A DNA stretch of 64,000 nt. Source: Botryllus schlosseri (lineage: Eukaryota). The notes beneath the pieces are model-generated. The model searched no databases, was not told where the DNA came from, and saw only the letters and a list, made by a program, of their open reading frames with translations. Shown one piece after another: positions 1-12,225 of this stretch; the stretch's first letter is position 1, and each line of letters begins with the position of its first letter. Made by a program: the position numbers and the translations under genes. The stretch is from NCBI GenBank assembly GCA_051294905.1, contig CM119371.1, positions 3,908,001 through 3,972,000 on the forward strand, in the 5' to 3' direction.

Positions 1-118
1 AAAGGACTGTCCGGTTCTCATTTTAACATAGATATTTGAGTTTCAGGATGTCATTTACGGCTGTCCTCCATACGCGATAGAAATATTGCTGAACTCCCCT
101 GCTGTAAAGACATATTAG

Positions 119-1622
119 GGGTGGAGCCCAATTTCTCTGCTGAGTGGCGATTCTCTACTCAGCAACGATTTCGTTACTCAACTCACGCCAAAAAGTATAC
201 TCACACTCAAATGCGTCCAGATCGGCACTCAAATCTAAGTCAGCGCACCACCAGACTTAAGTGTCAATTTTCATGGTCGAGCAGCCAACTGCAGGCAACA
301 CCCGCCAAATACCGGAGTACCGGTATTGTCGTATATATAGGTACAGTGGTACACACTATTTCTAGATGTGAGGTTCTGCTGAGCGAATGACATCAGTGGC
401 GCTTGGACGGATGTTGTGTTTATGATTGCATTTGTAATTATCTTCTGTACCCTTTCGACTTCTTGTCGTACGGCATCTCGGTATACCGGAATGGTAACTT
501 CTGCACTGCAGTCTCAATGGGCTAGCATCCCCCGCCGTCGCCGTTCTTACGGCGACAAAAAAAGGCCCAGAAAAAGACCCGACGAAAGAAAGCACTCACA
601 AGGAATGGAAAGAACTAGAAAGGGCCGTGGCTTCAGAAAGATCAACATCGAAAAGAACTGTGACATCGGGCACTCTAGGCCGAGCCGCCGGGTGGATGTC
701 AGTATAAAAAGAATAAGATCGCAACTGCGTGTCGTTCGATATCCTCATATCTGTTCATTACATCGCATTGTGTCTTATCGCATTCTACATTGTGTGTGAC
801 TTGTTCAAATGAAAAATATAACTTAACGATTATTATTAATATTACGCATGCTCTTCCCATAATTAAACAGACGAAGCATCTTGAACAGACCCCTAGCATG
901 AACCTCGATCAGCTGATAGAGTTCCTGCATGGTAATATCAGTGTTGGGATGGAGTCGCTATGACTTCAAGCCAATTTAGACGATAGCAGCAATAAGCTAT
1001 TGGAAACAAGAAATACTGAATAATTAAGGGAGAAAATGTCGGGTGGGTCTGGGTACTTCGGGAATTTGAATGGTAGAGGGTCAAAGAGAATTGGAAAGAA
1101 ATCCTGAAAATCTGTAAATTTTTCAATTTGTTTTCACGATATAGATGCGTTTATTTGTTCTTTCAGGCCTGCACTTACGTGTTCGCCTGCTGTGAAACTT
1201 ATCTTCATAAATTTCGAATGGGTTTGTAGCGTCTTGCAAATATACTTCTGTGGGACATAGGAACGTTTCGGGTATCTTCAAGGATTTATATATTTCTATT
1301 GGGTCATCTTCAAAGAGTGTGGATCAGCTGAGGGTATTCATTGCATTTAGATAAATCAGTGAGAACTGCGTCTACTTTGTAGGTCAGTGACGAAATAGGG
1401 ACGATAGCGTCGTGTTGTCATGACAAAATCGTTCACTAGTGTCCGGTCGAAAACGAAAAAAAATCTGGCAACGCTATCTCGGAAAACGACGTCTGGAAAT
1501 CGATACTTAACTGAGTAGAGAGAATTGGCGCGCACTCAACGCTGAGTACCAATCGATTTTTAGTTGAGTGGAGATTCGCATCTAAGCAGTACTTAGTTGA
1601 GGAGAAGAATTGGGCTCCACCC
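119..1622. mobile_element. PIF/Harbinger-like non-autonomous TIR element
   Basis: TIRs GGGTGGAGCCCAATT (119) and AATTGGGCTCCACCC (ends 1622). TAG flanks both ends (116-118, 1623-1625) as a 3-bp TSD. ACTCA-rich subterminal inverted motifs. Confidence 0.65.
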
Positions 1623-3404
1623 TAGGTCAAGAGGTGATCTCATTCTGAGCTGAATAAACTTGTTCATTACCTTGACCATTAGAACATTGGTTCTGAGTGC
1701 CGTCTCCATTGTCAATTCCGCATGAAAAGAGTGGCCTCATCATAAATTTTTACTGGGTTATTTCCTCCGGGCCACTACACGACAATCTGCGAAAAAGAAA
1801 AATTATTCAAATCTGCCCAGTGCGTAGCCTAATGAAGGCTGACACTGAGGATTTCACGGCTCTGTCACGGTTTATTGTTACTGATTGGCGATGATCTGTC
1901 ATAAATGCATGTGTCTACAGCAGTCGTAGTTAACCTTGGCGCCAGCGCCCGCCATACGGGCGATTTTGATTTTGAAGGGGTGGTGGTCGGTTCAGCGCTA
2001 TGGGCGCGTCTAAGAAAATTTAGCAATCTACGGTTTCCACAAAATTGGTAAAATCTCCAAATTTTCCGTCGCGCTTCATAAAAAATATCAGCTGATATCA
2101 GAAATTATGTATCGACAAATGCGATGCCTGTATATGACTATGTCTGTATGTGGCATGTAGGCTGCTGTTTACTTCCTTTATATGCGTAGTCGTGGATCGC
2201 GAAGCCTTCCTGTACGCACTGTTTTATCACACCAGATAGAAGTTTCCTCAACAAACTGCTTCGAACAAAATATCCTATGTTGCAGTACATGACGTGTTGA
2301 AATCTGGAAATCTGGATTTCTGGCCAAAATGTTAGCTGGTATTTGAGAGATTCAAGGTATGAGATCGTACCCAACGGTTATCATAACAATCATGATTTGA
2401 ACGCAGAAGTAATATATATACAATTATAGATTGTCAAATATTTGAATGGTCATTGGGTACGATTCTAGCGCAAGATATCTCCGATAGTGAAATCTAAATC
2501 CCAATAGATTGACAGAACACCGCTACTCCACCGTCGTTGATACAATCCATGAAATATGAGGAGCAGGGGATCATGAAGATATCTTCATAGGCGCGCCGGA
2601 CGAAAAAAGTTAAGTTGCACTGGTCTACAAAATAAAACTCGCAATCGGCTTATAAATATCATGGCTGACAAATGCTGATGTCAAGAATGACAATTTGTTA
2701 CGTTTCCCTAAGCGCCTGCGGCTATACTGCTACTGGCATTAGTAGACAATAGAGCGCAAACTATCCGTCATGGTTATCGTCTGTGTGTATATGTGCACGA
2801 TTGTACAGTATAGAAAACTGTCGGATGAATATAGCGCAGAGTGTAGTACCGTAATTGTCGATAATGTTTGATTTATGCAGTATTAGTTCTATTTTGATGT
2901 AAATATTACAAATCCTATGGTGCTTACTGCTTATAGCAGTGCATGGATGTTGAAACTTGAATGTTACCGTGTGCAATGCGATTGATCAGCTGTATTTAAG
3001 CTAGCATTATGACAATGCTATACGTTACTTACACTCACAGAAAACGGTTATCTGTGTTGGGCATTTGATTTAGGCTAGCGTCAGCGAGTACATTTGGACA
3101 TTTTACTTCGAGTTTGCTATGACGAACGCATTATGTTCTCTGCGTTTACATGCACGGGCTCGTCGGTAGTATACATTTGAATAATTAAAGATTGGTTTTG
3201 CGCTTGACGATCCACGAAAGCCCACATTTCCTGTCTAATAATAATTCTTTATAGTTTATATACTTGGATTAAAGATTGGAGATATCATGAATGTGACCGA
3301 AAGACTCTCATTAGCGCTGAAATCATTCCGTAAATATGGAGATGAATATAACGACAGGCGACAAAGGAGACAAATCAATCATAAGAGTATTATTAGACTC
3401 CGAC

Positions 3405-4406
3405 CAGGGCCGTAACAGAACTTCATCACCCCCCCCCCAAAAAAAAAAAAACGTTGGTCCTGGCCCCCCCCCCCATATGGTGTTAAACCGAACGTCTGGG
3501 GGCCTCGCCCCCCATACCCCCGTCAGGCTATACGCTGTCTACCACTACTTGTCAGGTGAATTGTACGTTTGGTGATCGGCTTTCTTCGTCTAAGAGAAAT
3601 TTCGATAATTCATGACTGAATCGGTCGATATGATGGGGCGTTGCATATATATTGCTATCAATTTTTATCCTCACTCTGCTCACGTAATCTGATTTACCGG
3701 TAGAGCTGAGTGAGGTGTCTTTGAAACTGTACAGCCCGTAAATAATCATTGAACAAAAATGAACATCTTCGGGCGGGCGGACCCGTTGGTATGACATCGT
3801 TACATGATGTTATTTCGTGACCTATGTCTGATATATCAAAAAATATAGAATCGCCCAAATGTACTAGACTGAAAGATCACAGGATTTCAGATTGGTATTT
3901 CTTAACTTGCATATAATTTTTTCCTGTTGGAAGGTATCTGTCTTGTGAGGTTCAGATTGTCAAGACAGGAACATTCGGCGCAGTCATTTAGGCGCCTATA
4001 TGGACAATTGAACCTATTTATATTTTGTATATATAACGAAGTTTCCGGTCAGCATAAGAGAAGTCCTTTACGGCCAAGGTTTCCTCGCTGCCGATCGTTC
4101 TGGCACACTTCCTGGAGTCGCATGTTGCGTGGCCTAAAACTTTATGTCTTGGTGCGTCGTTCCGCGGTAATGGCCAACGCCGACATGTCTATTTCTATAA
4201 ATCTTGCGTATTGTCTCTTGGGGGAAGAGTGACTAATAATCAAGACATTTGTGGGCTTGAAATCTAGCGAAGCGCGAAAATGTTTTGAAAAAGTTGCATG
4301 AATCTTTAAAAATACTATATAATTTATGCTAATTCACGAAATAATTTTTGGCCCCCTTCGAGCCCCCCCCAATTGGGGGGTTTGTGGTGCGGCAGTTATG
4401 GCCCTG
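3405..4406. mobile_element. hAT-like non-autonomous element (same family as 45388-46355)
   Basis: TIRs CAGGGCCGTAAC / GTTATGGCCCTG. 8-bp TSD ACTCCGAC/TCTCCGAC. Internal sequence is colinear with 45388-46355. Confidence 0.8.
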
Positions 4407-5046
4407 TCTCCGACATTCACGTGAACAACGACTTGTCACCCTACTCGATTGAGTGTACATTGAGATGAACGTACTGCGCAATCTTCTTCGTTTATATCGG
4501 CACCAAGTGGGAAGTGTATAACCGTGTGATACTGCGGCCCGATTGGGTTAATCGTGATAAGTCTACACAAAATTTCAATATGATCGTGCCGGTTGATTGC
4601 GTAATCGGAAATTTTTTAGCGTTGGGTTATGCTACAAGTTTTACCTGGGGTGTTAAACCCTTGTTTCTAATCACAGCCGCGTTTGAATCACTTATATCAA
4701 GGGTGGGCAACCTGCGGCAGTACAAGGGAATTTGTGCGGCCGCGACACGTAATTTAATTAGTCTATGTTGGCGGCAGTCGACAGGCAAATTGAATTTTAA
4801 TAATTCTTGAAATTTTCTTCGCGCTTGGCGCGATTCAATGCTGTACTTCATAGTAGTTCATAGACAGTTTCTGTATACGAATGCTATAATGAGGGATATT
4901 AGTTATGTCTGAAGCCATCCAAGGCCGTTTCTGAAAACAGGGAAGAGAATTCTTGCAGACCAGCGTCAAACGCATGGATGAATACCTGTCAGACAAGGAT
5001 GTATCTTGAGTTCTGCTGGTCATAGACCTTTATATATCGTTTATGT

Positions 5047-5897
5047 CAGGGGCGGGCAACTTCTCCAGTCGGCGGGACGGATATAGGAAAATTAAGTACT
5101 TGGCGGGCCGGATTGCTAAATCGATACATTATTCGCCCATTTATCCACATATACAAGGAATAAATCGTATTTATTGAATGATTTTACCGACAGTAATGTC
5201 ACTTAAAAGCCCTTTCTCGCCGATAATGACGAAGACAATGTGGATTTCAGAATAGCATTGCTATACAGGCCACGCCATGTCTGGTTCTATATCTGATCAA
5301 TCAACACACGGTGAAATCCTTAATTAAAATTTCAAGGCGTTCGATAAGTTCGGTAACCCAAATTTACCAAGATATAAATTCACTAGGGTTGACGTTTGAG
5401 TAGTTGACGAGATAGCGTCGTTGTTCAACTATGTGGCCTGATTAATCCCGATATTGAATTCATGTGACCCGCGTCCTCTACGAAATTTGAAAAGTGGCCC
5501 GCGAACCGTTTTGAGTGGGCGACCCTGGTATAAGCGGTGTATTACAAAAGCCTAGAAGTGTGCCGTGCTATACAAGTCGCCGGTTACGGAATGAAAAATA
5601 AGAAATATCGGCCTGGTGTAAATGACCATTGTAGTCGACAAACACCACATACGACATTAGGGTTGAGTATACAGCGTAGATGCCGATAGTGAAAGTCTTC
5701 TCGCTTCGACGAACTTACACGTAGCCTATACTCCACTCTCGCACGCTGCGCATACACGTATATAATAACATACAGTCACTAGTAAGCAAGTAGTGGAAAG
5801 TCTCGGCAGACTGGGGCCGCGCGCCACATTATCATGTAAGACGGAAAACTGTCCGCGGGGCGGATCCGGCCCATGGGCTGTATGTTGCCCGCCCCTG
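5047..5897. mobile_element. hAT (Buster/Charlie-type) MITE
   Basis: TIRs CAGGGGCGGGCAAC / GTTGCCCGCCCCTG. TSD GTTTATGT/GTTTATGC. Confidence 0.8.
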
Positions 5898-6596
5898 GTT
5901 TATGCGACGAGTAAATTTCCACACAACCTTACTAACATCAAGATAACGGCTCATAGTCAAGTATAAATTGCAATGAGTTCAACATTGCTTAGCGCAGTGC
6001 TCTTCAACCGGGGTTGTCGTACACCCTAGCGGCCTAGGGTGTACCAGAATTTGCAAAGGGTGTACCACTCGGATGGGGGGTACAGGGGTGTACCAGATCC
6101 GAATTACAATGAGCCGATGGCTAGCTATCACAAAGACATGTTGTTGGGTCAGTACAGGTTGACGCACAGGTTAATGAGCAATATGGTACGATTTATCTCA
6201 AGTGTAATGCATTCTATAGCAGGGGTGGGCAAACCACGGCCCGCGGGCCGAATGCGGCCCGCAACACCGTTCTGTGCGGCCCGCGAGAGTCTAAAATAAA
6301 TTTTAAAAAATATTGATAAAATTCGTACTTTAAAAAGTCGAATTATAATGCAGGTACTTGATTTTCTTCGTATATGTCACCATGATAAATCTAAGGCAGT
6401 GGTTCTCAAACTGGGATCGCGCCCCCTTGGGAGCGTAAAAGCATCTGAAGGGTGGCGCGGAGCTGAGCTCAACTGATTTTTTTCCATGCCATCAAACTAT
6501 CCGTTACGTTAGTAGTATGATGGGCTGGCTTTGTGCCCCGCCAATCCCAGAAGGCCACGTCATCCTAATTGCCACGCCCATTTTCATCCCCTAAGG

Positions 6597-7318
6597 CAGG
6601 GTCGGCCAACCCGTGGCCCGCGGGCCACATGTGGCCCGCGATAAAGTTTTGAGTGGCCCGCGAGGTAATTTCCGAAATTTCTAATATCAAAAATGGATTG
6701 CACAGATTGTGAACTTGCAAGGTCAACCAAAAATTTGATTAGTTTGACCGCAACACTTGAGATGTGATGACTAAAATATCAGTTCCGACGCATTGACAGA
6801 TCCATCAGCCAGTCACATATTGGTATATCTTCGTACACTACAATAAAGCAGAATAATTTGCGATAGATTTATCAGAAGTAAAAATTTTCTGCAAGTTTAG
6901 TGCAACATGTTGTCACTCGATTCCTTGTTTTTAATATTGTTGCCGTTTTTGTGAAAATGGAAGAACGCCTGATGTATCAGATTGAGTCTAACTATATTCG
7001 CGAATACGGGACAAAGTGTCGTTCAACATATGCGACCTTGCGTTTCCGCTCGCAGTAAGATCGTTGACTATGAAACCTAGGCACGGAAAGATTGACGCAT
7101 GTTGGTCGCAGCTTTCGATATCGATATTTCCATGCGCCCAATAGCCCATTCCTCGCAAACTTAGCCCAGCGATATACGGCAGGCTCGCAATATAGTCAAG
7201 TGACAATATTATTGACCTATGAACTTGAAAAAAATTTCGCGCTTCGCGCGGTAAGTGGCCCGCGCAATATTTCGTCAATCGAATGTGGCCCTTTGGCTGA
7301 AAAGGTTGGCCGGACCTG
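6597..7318. mobile_element. hAT MITE inserted in the left arm of the foldback
   Basis: TIRs CAGGGTCGGCCAACC / GGTTGGCCGGACCTG. Perfect TSD CCCTAAGG (6589-6596, 7319-7326). Confidence 0.85.
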
Positions 7319-9957
7319 CCCTAAGGGAACATTCATCTGCTACGTCATCTGTGCCACATCATCAAGCGTCACGCCTATAGTGCCACATCATCCATCCATT
7401 GCTATATCATCGCTGCATTGATTGCCGCATCTTGATACTTTTCTCAGATATTGTATTATGTGTATTTAGGACTAATATCATCCGTCCATATTTTTTAAAC
7501 TTGATTTTATGTGTACAAGTTACGGTTTCTGCAGTTTCCACATTTTACAACTTATGATTGCTGCGTCAAAACTTACCTTGGCTAGAATCGACAGATTTTC
7601 TATTATGTGTATTTAGTTAGGACTATGTATTTAAATTCCTATTCAGATTATACATAAATGCGAAAACTATGATGTCTATGTAAGGTTATATTCTCCGGAT
7701 AATATTATTAATATCAAAATTCTACACATCATCACTAATTACTTAATATAAAATGCGATTTTGAGCGCTGCGACTTGATAATATGAACCCCTACGCTTCT
7801 GATGCATGATTTTTTGTGATAAGGACCTAGGTAACATTCAGAGTCTGCAACGATTGTTTGGATATACATTATAGCAATACCCCACTAAACTATAGGCGGT
7901 TATATTACTCTATTGGTCAAAGATAACTCATCCGTCCATATTTTTAAACTTGATTTTATGTATACAAGTTACTGTCTCTGCAGCCTCCACATTTTACGAC
8001 TTATTTTCATTAGACGCAGGCAAGCGATTCTCCAGTTCGGAGCTACGGAAACAAATCACTCGCATGTGCGTGTTCCGAATAGTCTTGTAGAATTTTCTAA
8101 AGTCGTAACAGCTTAGTAGCATATACGCGAATCCCAAGGTGAAAATAATCGAACGAACTATAGCCGTAGGCGTGCGATTCGCAGGGCTTTATTTATACAA
8201 ACTCTATCGATGCCTGTACGCGAACCCCAGCGTTAAAACGATTAGGTCTAATTAACACGTTCTGAAGCCGAAAATTTAGTCAACATCATTGAGATAGCCA
8301 TGATTTGAAGATGGTGATCGAGTGTGACAATAGCACTCGCCAAGGTTGGACAAACATAACCTTAAACTACTCTCTACTTCACAAAATATAAAGTTATAAA
8401 AGTAAGCAGATTTCTATGAAAACCCGTGAAATAGAAGTAAAAGTAGCCGAGAAACATAACTACTTAATGAAAAATCGTGATTCTTGAAGTGACCACATTT
8501 CATACGATTCAGTCCTTTTCATGTCACTAGAATAAGGTGATTAAACGGACAGTGAAACGCCGCCGGCGTCTTATCACGTAATAATGTAAGCTGCGTCGGG
8601 TGCTGCTATAATGTTAGGAGCGAATATAGTAGAAAGTTCACGTCTGGACACCTGTAAGCAGGTGCGCATACTACCGTAGTAAAACGCATAACAGAATTCA
8701 CGCAAAAGTCGATGTTGCTTTGTGATGCTTTTGATGTTGTTCCATACCGATTGGGAAGATAGGACTCCTAATTTCCTAACTAACTACATAATCCCTAGTA
8801 ACGTAGTCAGACGCATAACAGAATTTACGCAAAATCGGTATTGCTCTGCGATAATTTTGACCACTATGTTTTGATAATAACTTGCTTCCGAGAAATAAAT
8901 AACATTCATTATACGTTAGATGATACTTTTCCTTGATATTCTATTATGTGTATTTAGTGCTAATGCGACATCACTATATTGGCGACAGGCCTGATTTGAA
9001 CACACTAATTTTGCGAATTAAACTTATCGCCCATCACGGACACTCAATGAAGAGCACCCCGGAGACCCGCATAAATGCTCCACAATTCTCGACATATAAT
9101 ATACTGAGCATATAATAAGCTAACAAAACCTATACTTGAGTACTCCGAAATGTACAAGTACTTTAACTTTACACGACGTTTTTGTAAAATGAATACTAAT
9201 TTTAATGGAAAATAAAAATTATGTACTCAAGTAGGTTTTTGTCTACACGCACCAACTACTCAAGTGTTTATGACACAGGAATGATTCATTAAGTATACCG
9301 CAAGAAGGCCAAACCTATACTTGAGTACTCTAAAATGTACAAGTACTTCGCTATGTACTCCCTCCACGTAAAAAGTATCTAGGTTTTAGACTACTTTATC
9401 GATTTTCGATGTTGCGCAAATACCACAAACTTTGCCTTCTTTCAGAGCTGGCAACTAAATGCAAGACAGACTTTACGCAAAAGTCTCTATTCTGAAAATT
9501 TTATCAAGTTAATACATTAAAAACTTATACTTGAGCACTACGAAATGTACAAGTACTTTATCTTTACACGACGTTTTTTGTAAAATGAATACTAATTTTA
9601 TTGAAAAAATAAAAAATAAAAAAGAGAGAAAAATTACATTTTATCCCGGAACGCAAAAAGAAAAATCGTATGAATTTGTAAACTACTTATTCATGACATA
9701 GTAATAATTCTACTTGTACACTTTTTCACATTTTATAACACTTTAAGTAGTACTTAACAGTTTCAGTTTTAAATAAAATGCGGAATATAAACTAATCGAA
9801 AAATTCGGTAACCAATTGCGCGTAGGCTATGCATACAAATGAGGAACGTTACATCAACGCGCGTTAACTAGTTGTATCGAGTTATCGAATGATTTTTTCC
9901 TTACATCAAAACAACTAGAACGTGAAACTACATTAAAAACGTATCTAAATGAGCTCC

Positions 9958-10978
9958 AGGGCATTGTGATTATGCAGCATACCAAATTTCATCAACCATT
10001 TCATGATGGAACAACTTTAAAACTAACGCAGTTCTATAGCAACTTTTGCCTAAATCTGTTTTCGGTAGCGTATACATATACATAGTCAGCTTTAATAACA
10101 GAATTACCAAGCTAATATGTGACTCCTCACCTTGCAACTTGGTACGTAGTTGTAGGACATTGTGATTATGTAGCATACCAAATTTCCTCACGCATTTCAT
10201 AATGGAACAACTTTAAAACTAACGCGGCTCTACATCGACTTTTTGCGTACATCTGTTTTGCGGGAGCGTATAGAACGTACCTATACATAGTCAACTTTAA
10301 TAACGGAATTACCATGCTTAACATTGAATACCAACTCTAAACTTGATACGTAGTTGTAGGACATTATGGCAATGCACCATGCTAAATTTCATCACACATC
10401 TAATGATGGAACACCTTTGAAACTATCGCAGTCGAATATCGACTTTTACGCATATCTGTTTTTCGTGAACATAGCATATACAGATACATAGTCAATTTTA
10501 GTAACAGAATTAGCATGTTAAACATTAAATTCTCACCTTGAACGTTGGTACGCAGTTGTAGGACATATAACAATGCACCATACCAAATTTCGTCAGGCAT
10601 TCCATGATGTAACACCTTTAAAACCAACGCAGTTCTATACAGACTTTTAGCTAAATCTGTTTTTCCGTAGCGTAGCACGTACCTATACATAGTCAACTTT
10701 AATAACGGAATTACCGTATTAATAATCGACTCCCCACCTTGAAACTCGGTACGCAGTTGTAAGACATTATGACAATGCACCATGTCTAATTTTGTTACGC
10801 ATTTCATGATTGAACAACTTTTAAACTAACGCAGTTCCATACCGACCTTTGCGGGAGCGTAGCACGTACCTATGCATACTCAACTTTAATAACGGAATTA
10901 CCGAGCTAAACATTGAATGCGCAACTTGAAGATTGGTTCACAGGTGTAGGACATTATGACAATGGAACATATCAAATA
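9958..10978. repeat. ~200-bp tandem repeat array, about 5 diverged units (left arm)
   Basis: GTAGGACAT-type anchor recurs at ~9958, 10152, 10356, 10558, 10759 and 10946. Confidence 0.85.
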
Positions 10979-12225
10979 CCGTGTTTCCATGAAAATAACA
11001 AGACATTACACATCCAGTATACTTCCAATCGACATCGCGCTGGTTGATGCGGCGCTGTGCACCATATAGATGCGGCAATCAATGCGGTGATGATGTGGCA
11101 ATGGATGATGTGGCACTATAGGCGTGGCACTTGATGATGTGGCGCAGATGATGTGGCAATGGGTGTGCTATAGGTGCGGCAATGGGTGGATGATGTGGCA
11201 AGGGGGCGTCCTATAGGTGCGACAGAAAAACACACATATTTGACCGTAACATGGTCTTAGTATGAACCGACATGCATTCGACTTGTGGAAAAATGTGTCG
11301 CACACTATTTCACCGAGATTACAACCCTTTCACGGATATTCGTTGGTGCTATCGATACGGTGAACAGCACGTTATGTATAGCGATATCTCCACAGTCAAA
11401 TACGCGAACCATGCACAACCATATACCCCGACTTTCGTTGAATATTCACGACACCAACAAATCTGTACATCTCCTTTCCCTCGACATCAATGATAGAATC
11501 CTCATCCCAATGCGCAGTACGAATGGTGGGTTTATCGGGTGTAAAATCCAAATCAAATGACACCAAGGTCTGCTTTCTCATTTTCAATATTTCCACCACC
11601 GCATCTTGTCTGTGTCTTAGCACTACCGTGGGAGGATGGCGAAATCTGTGGGTGGTAACACGGATTGACATGATATTCTTCGATATGATCAACTGAAACC
11701 ACGGATGTGGTGGGTTAGAGTCTTGTCGTGATGGTCCGTTTCGAAATGCAAGCGGATGAACTAGACCAAAAGTTTCGAAGATGCGTTTTATAATTGCTCT
11801 AGGTGTGAAATAGACATCGCACTCTTGCGGGGAAACAACACGAATTCAGTCTTCACACCGCAGAAACACAGCCGCTTGGTTAACATCACAAAACCGCAAT
11901 TGAACTCAAGATTGCCATACACGGAATCGCTGTTAACGATGTCTGACTGCGGCGTTTCGACGAGTAACGAATTCTCGTATTTAGTATTTATTGTGACACA
12001 TAGTCAAAACAGCGACAGTTTTCACAACCCGGTACATACATTGAACCAACTGATGTAAGGTGAAACACTACGTTCACACCAAAAAAAGTTTGCAGGGTAT
12101 GACCACCACCAACATATAGAGTATTATTATTATTGATGAAAAGATGAGTGACGCTTTTCGCCTGTAAGGCCAGGTGCGTCACGGACTAGAATGAGCGATT
12201 TACCAAAATATGGTCAATAACCGAT

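Noticed and set aside
416..799. 127-aa basic ORF inside the Harbinger-like element
   Set aside because: No recognisable transposase or Myb/SANT motif, and it uses a GTG start.
9970..10807. ORFs of 76 and 135 aa with repeated VLQLRT/LLKLTMY motifs (mirrors at 24038-24875)
   Set aside because: These are translations of the ~200-bp tandem repeat. Unit lengths vary and do not keep frame.
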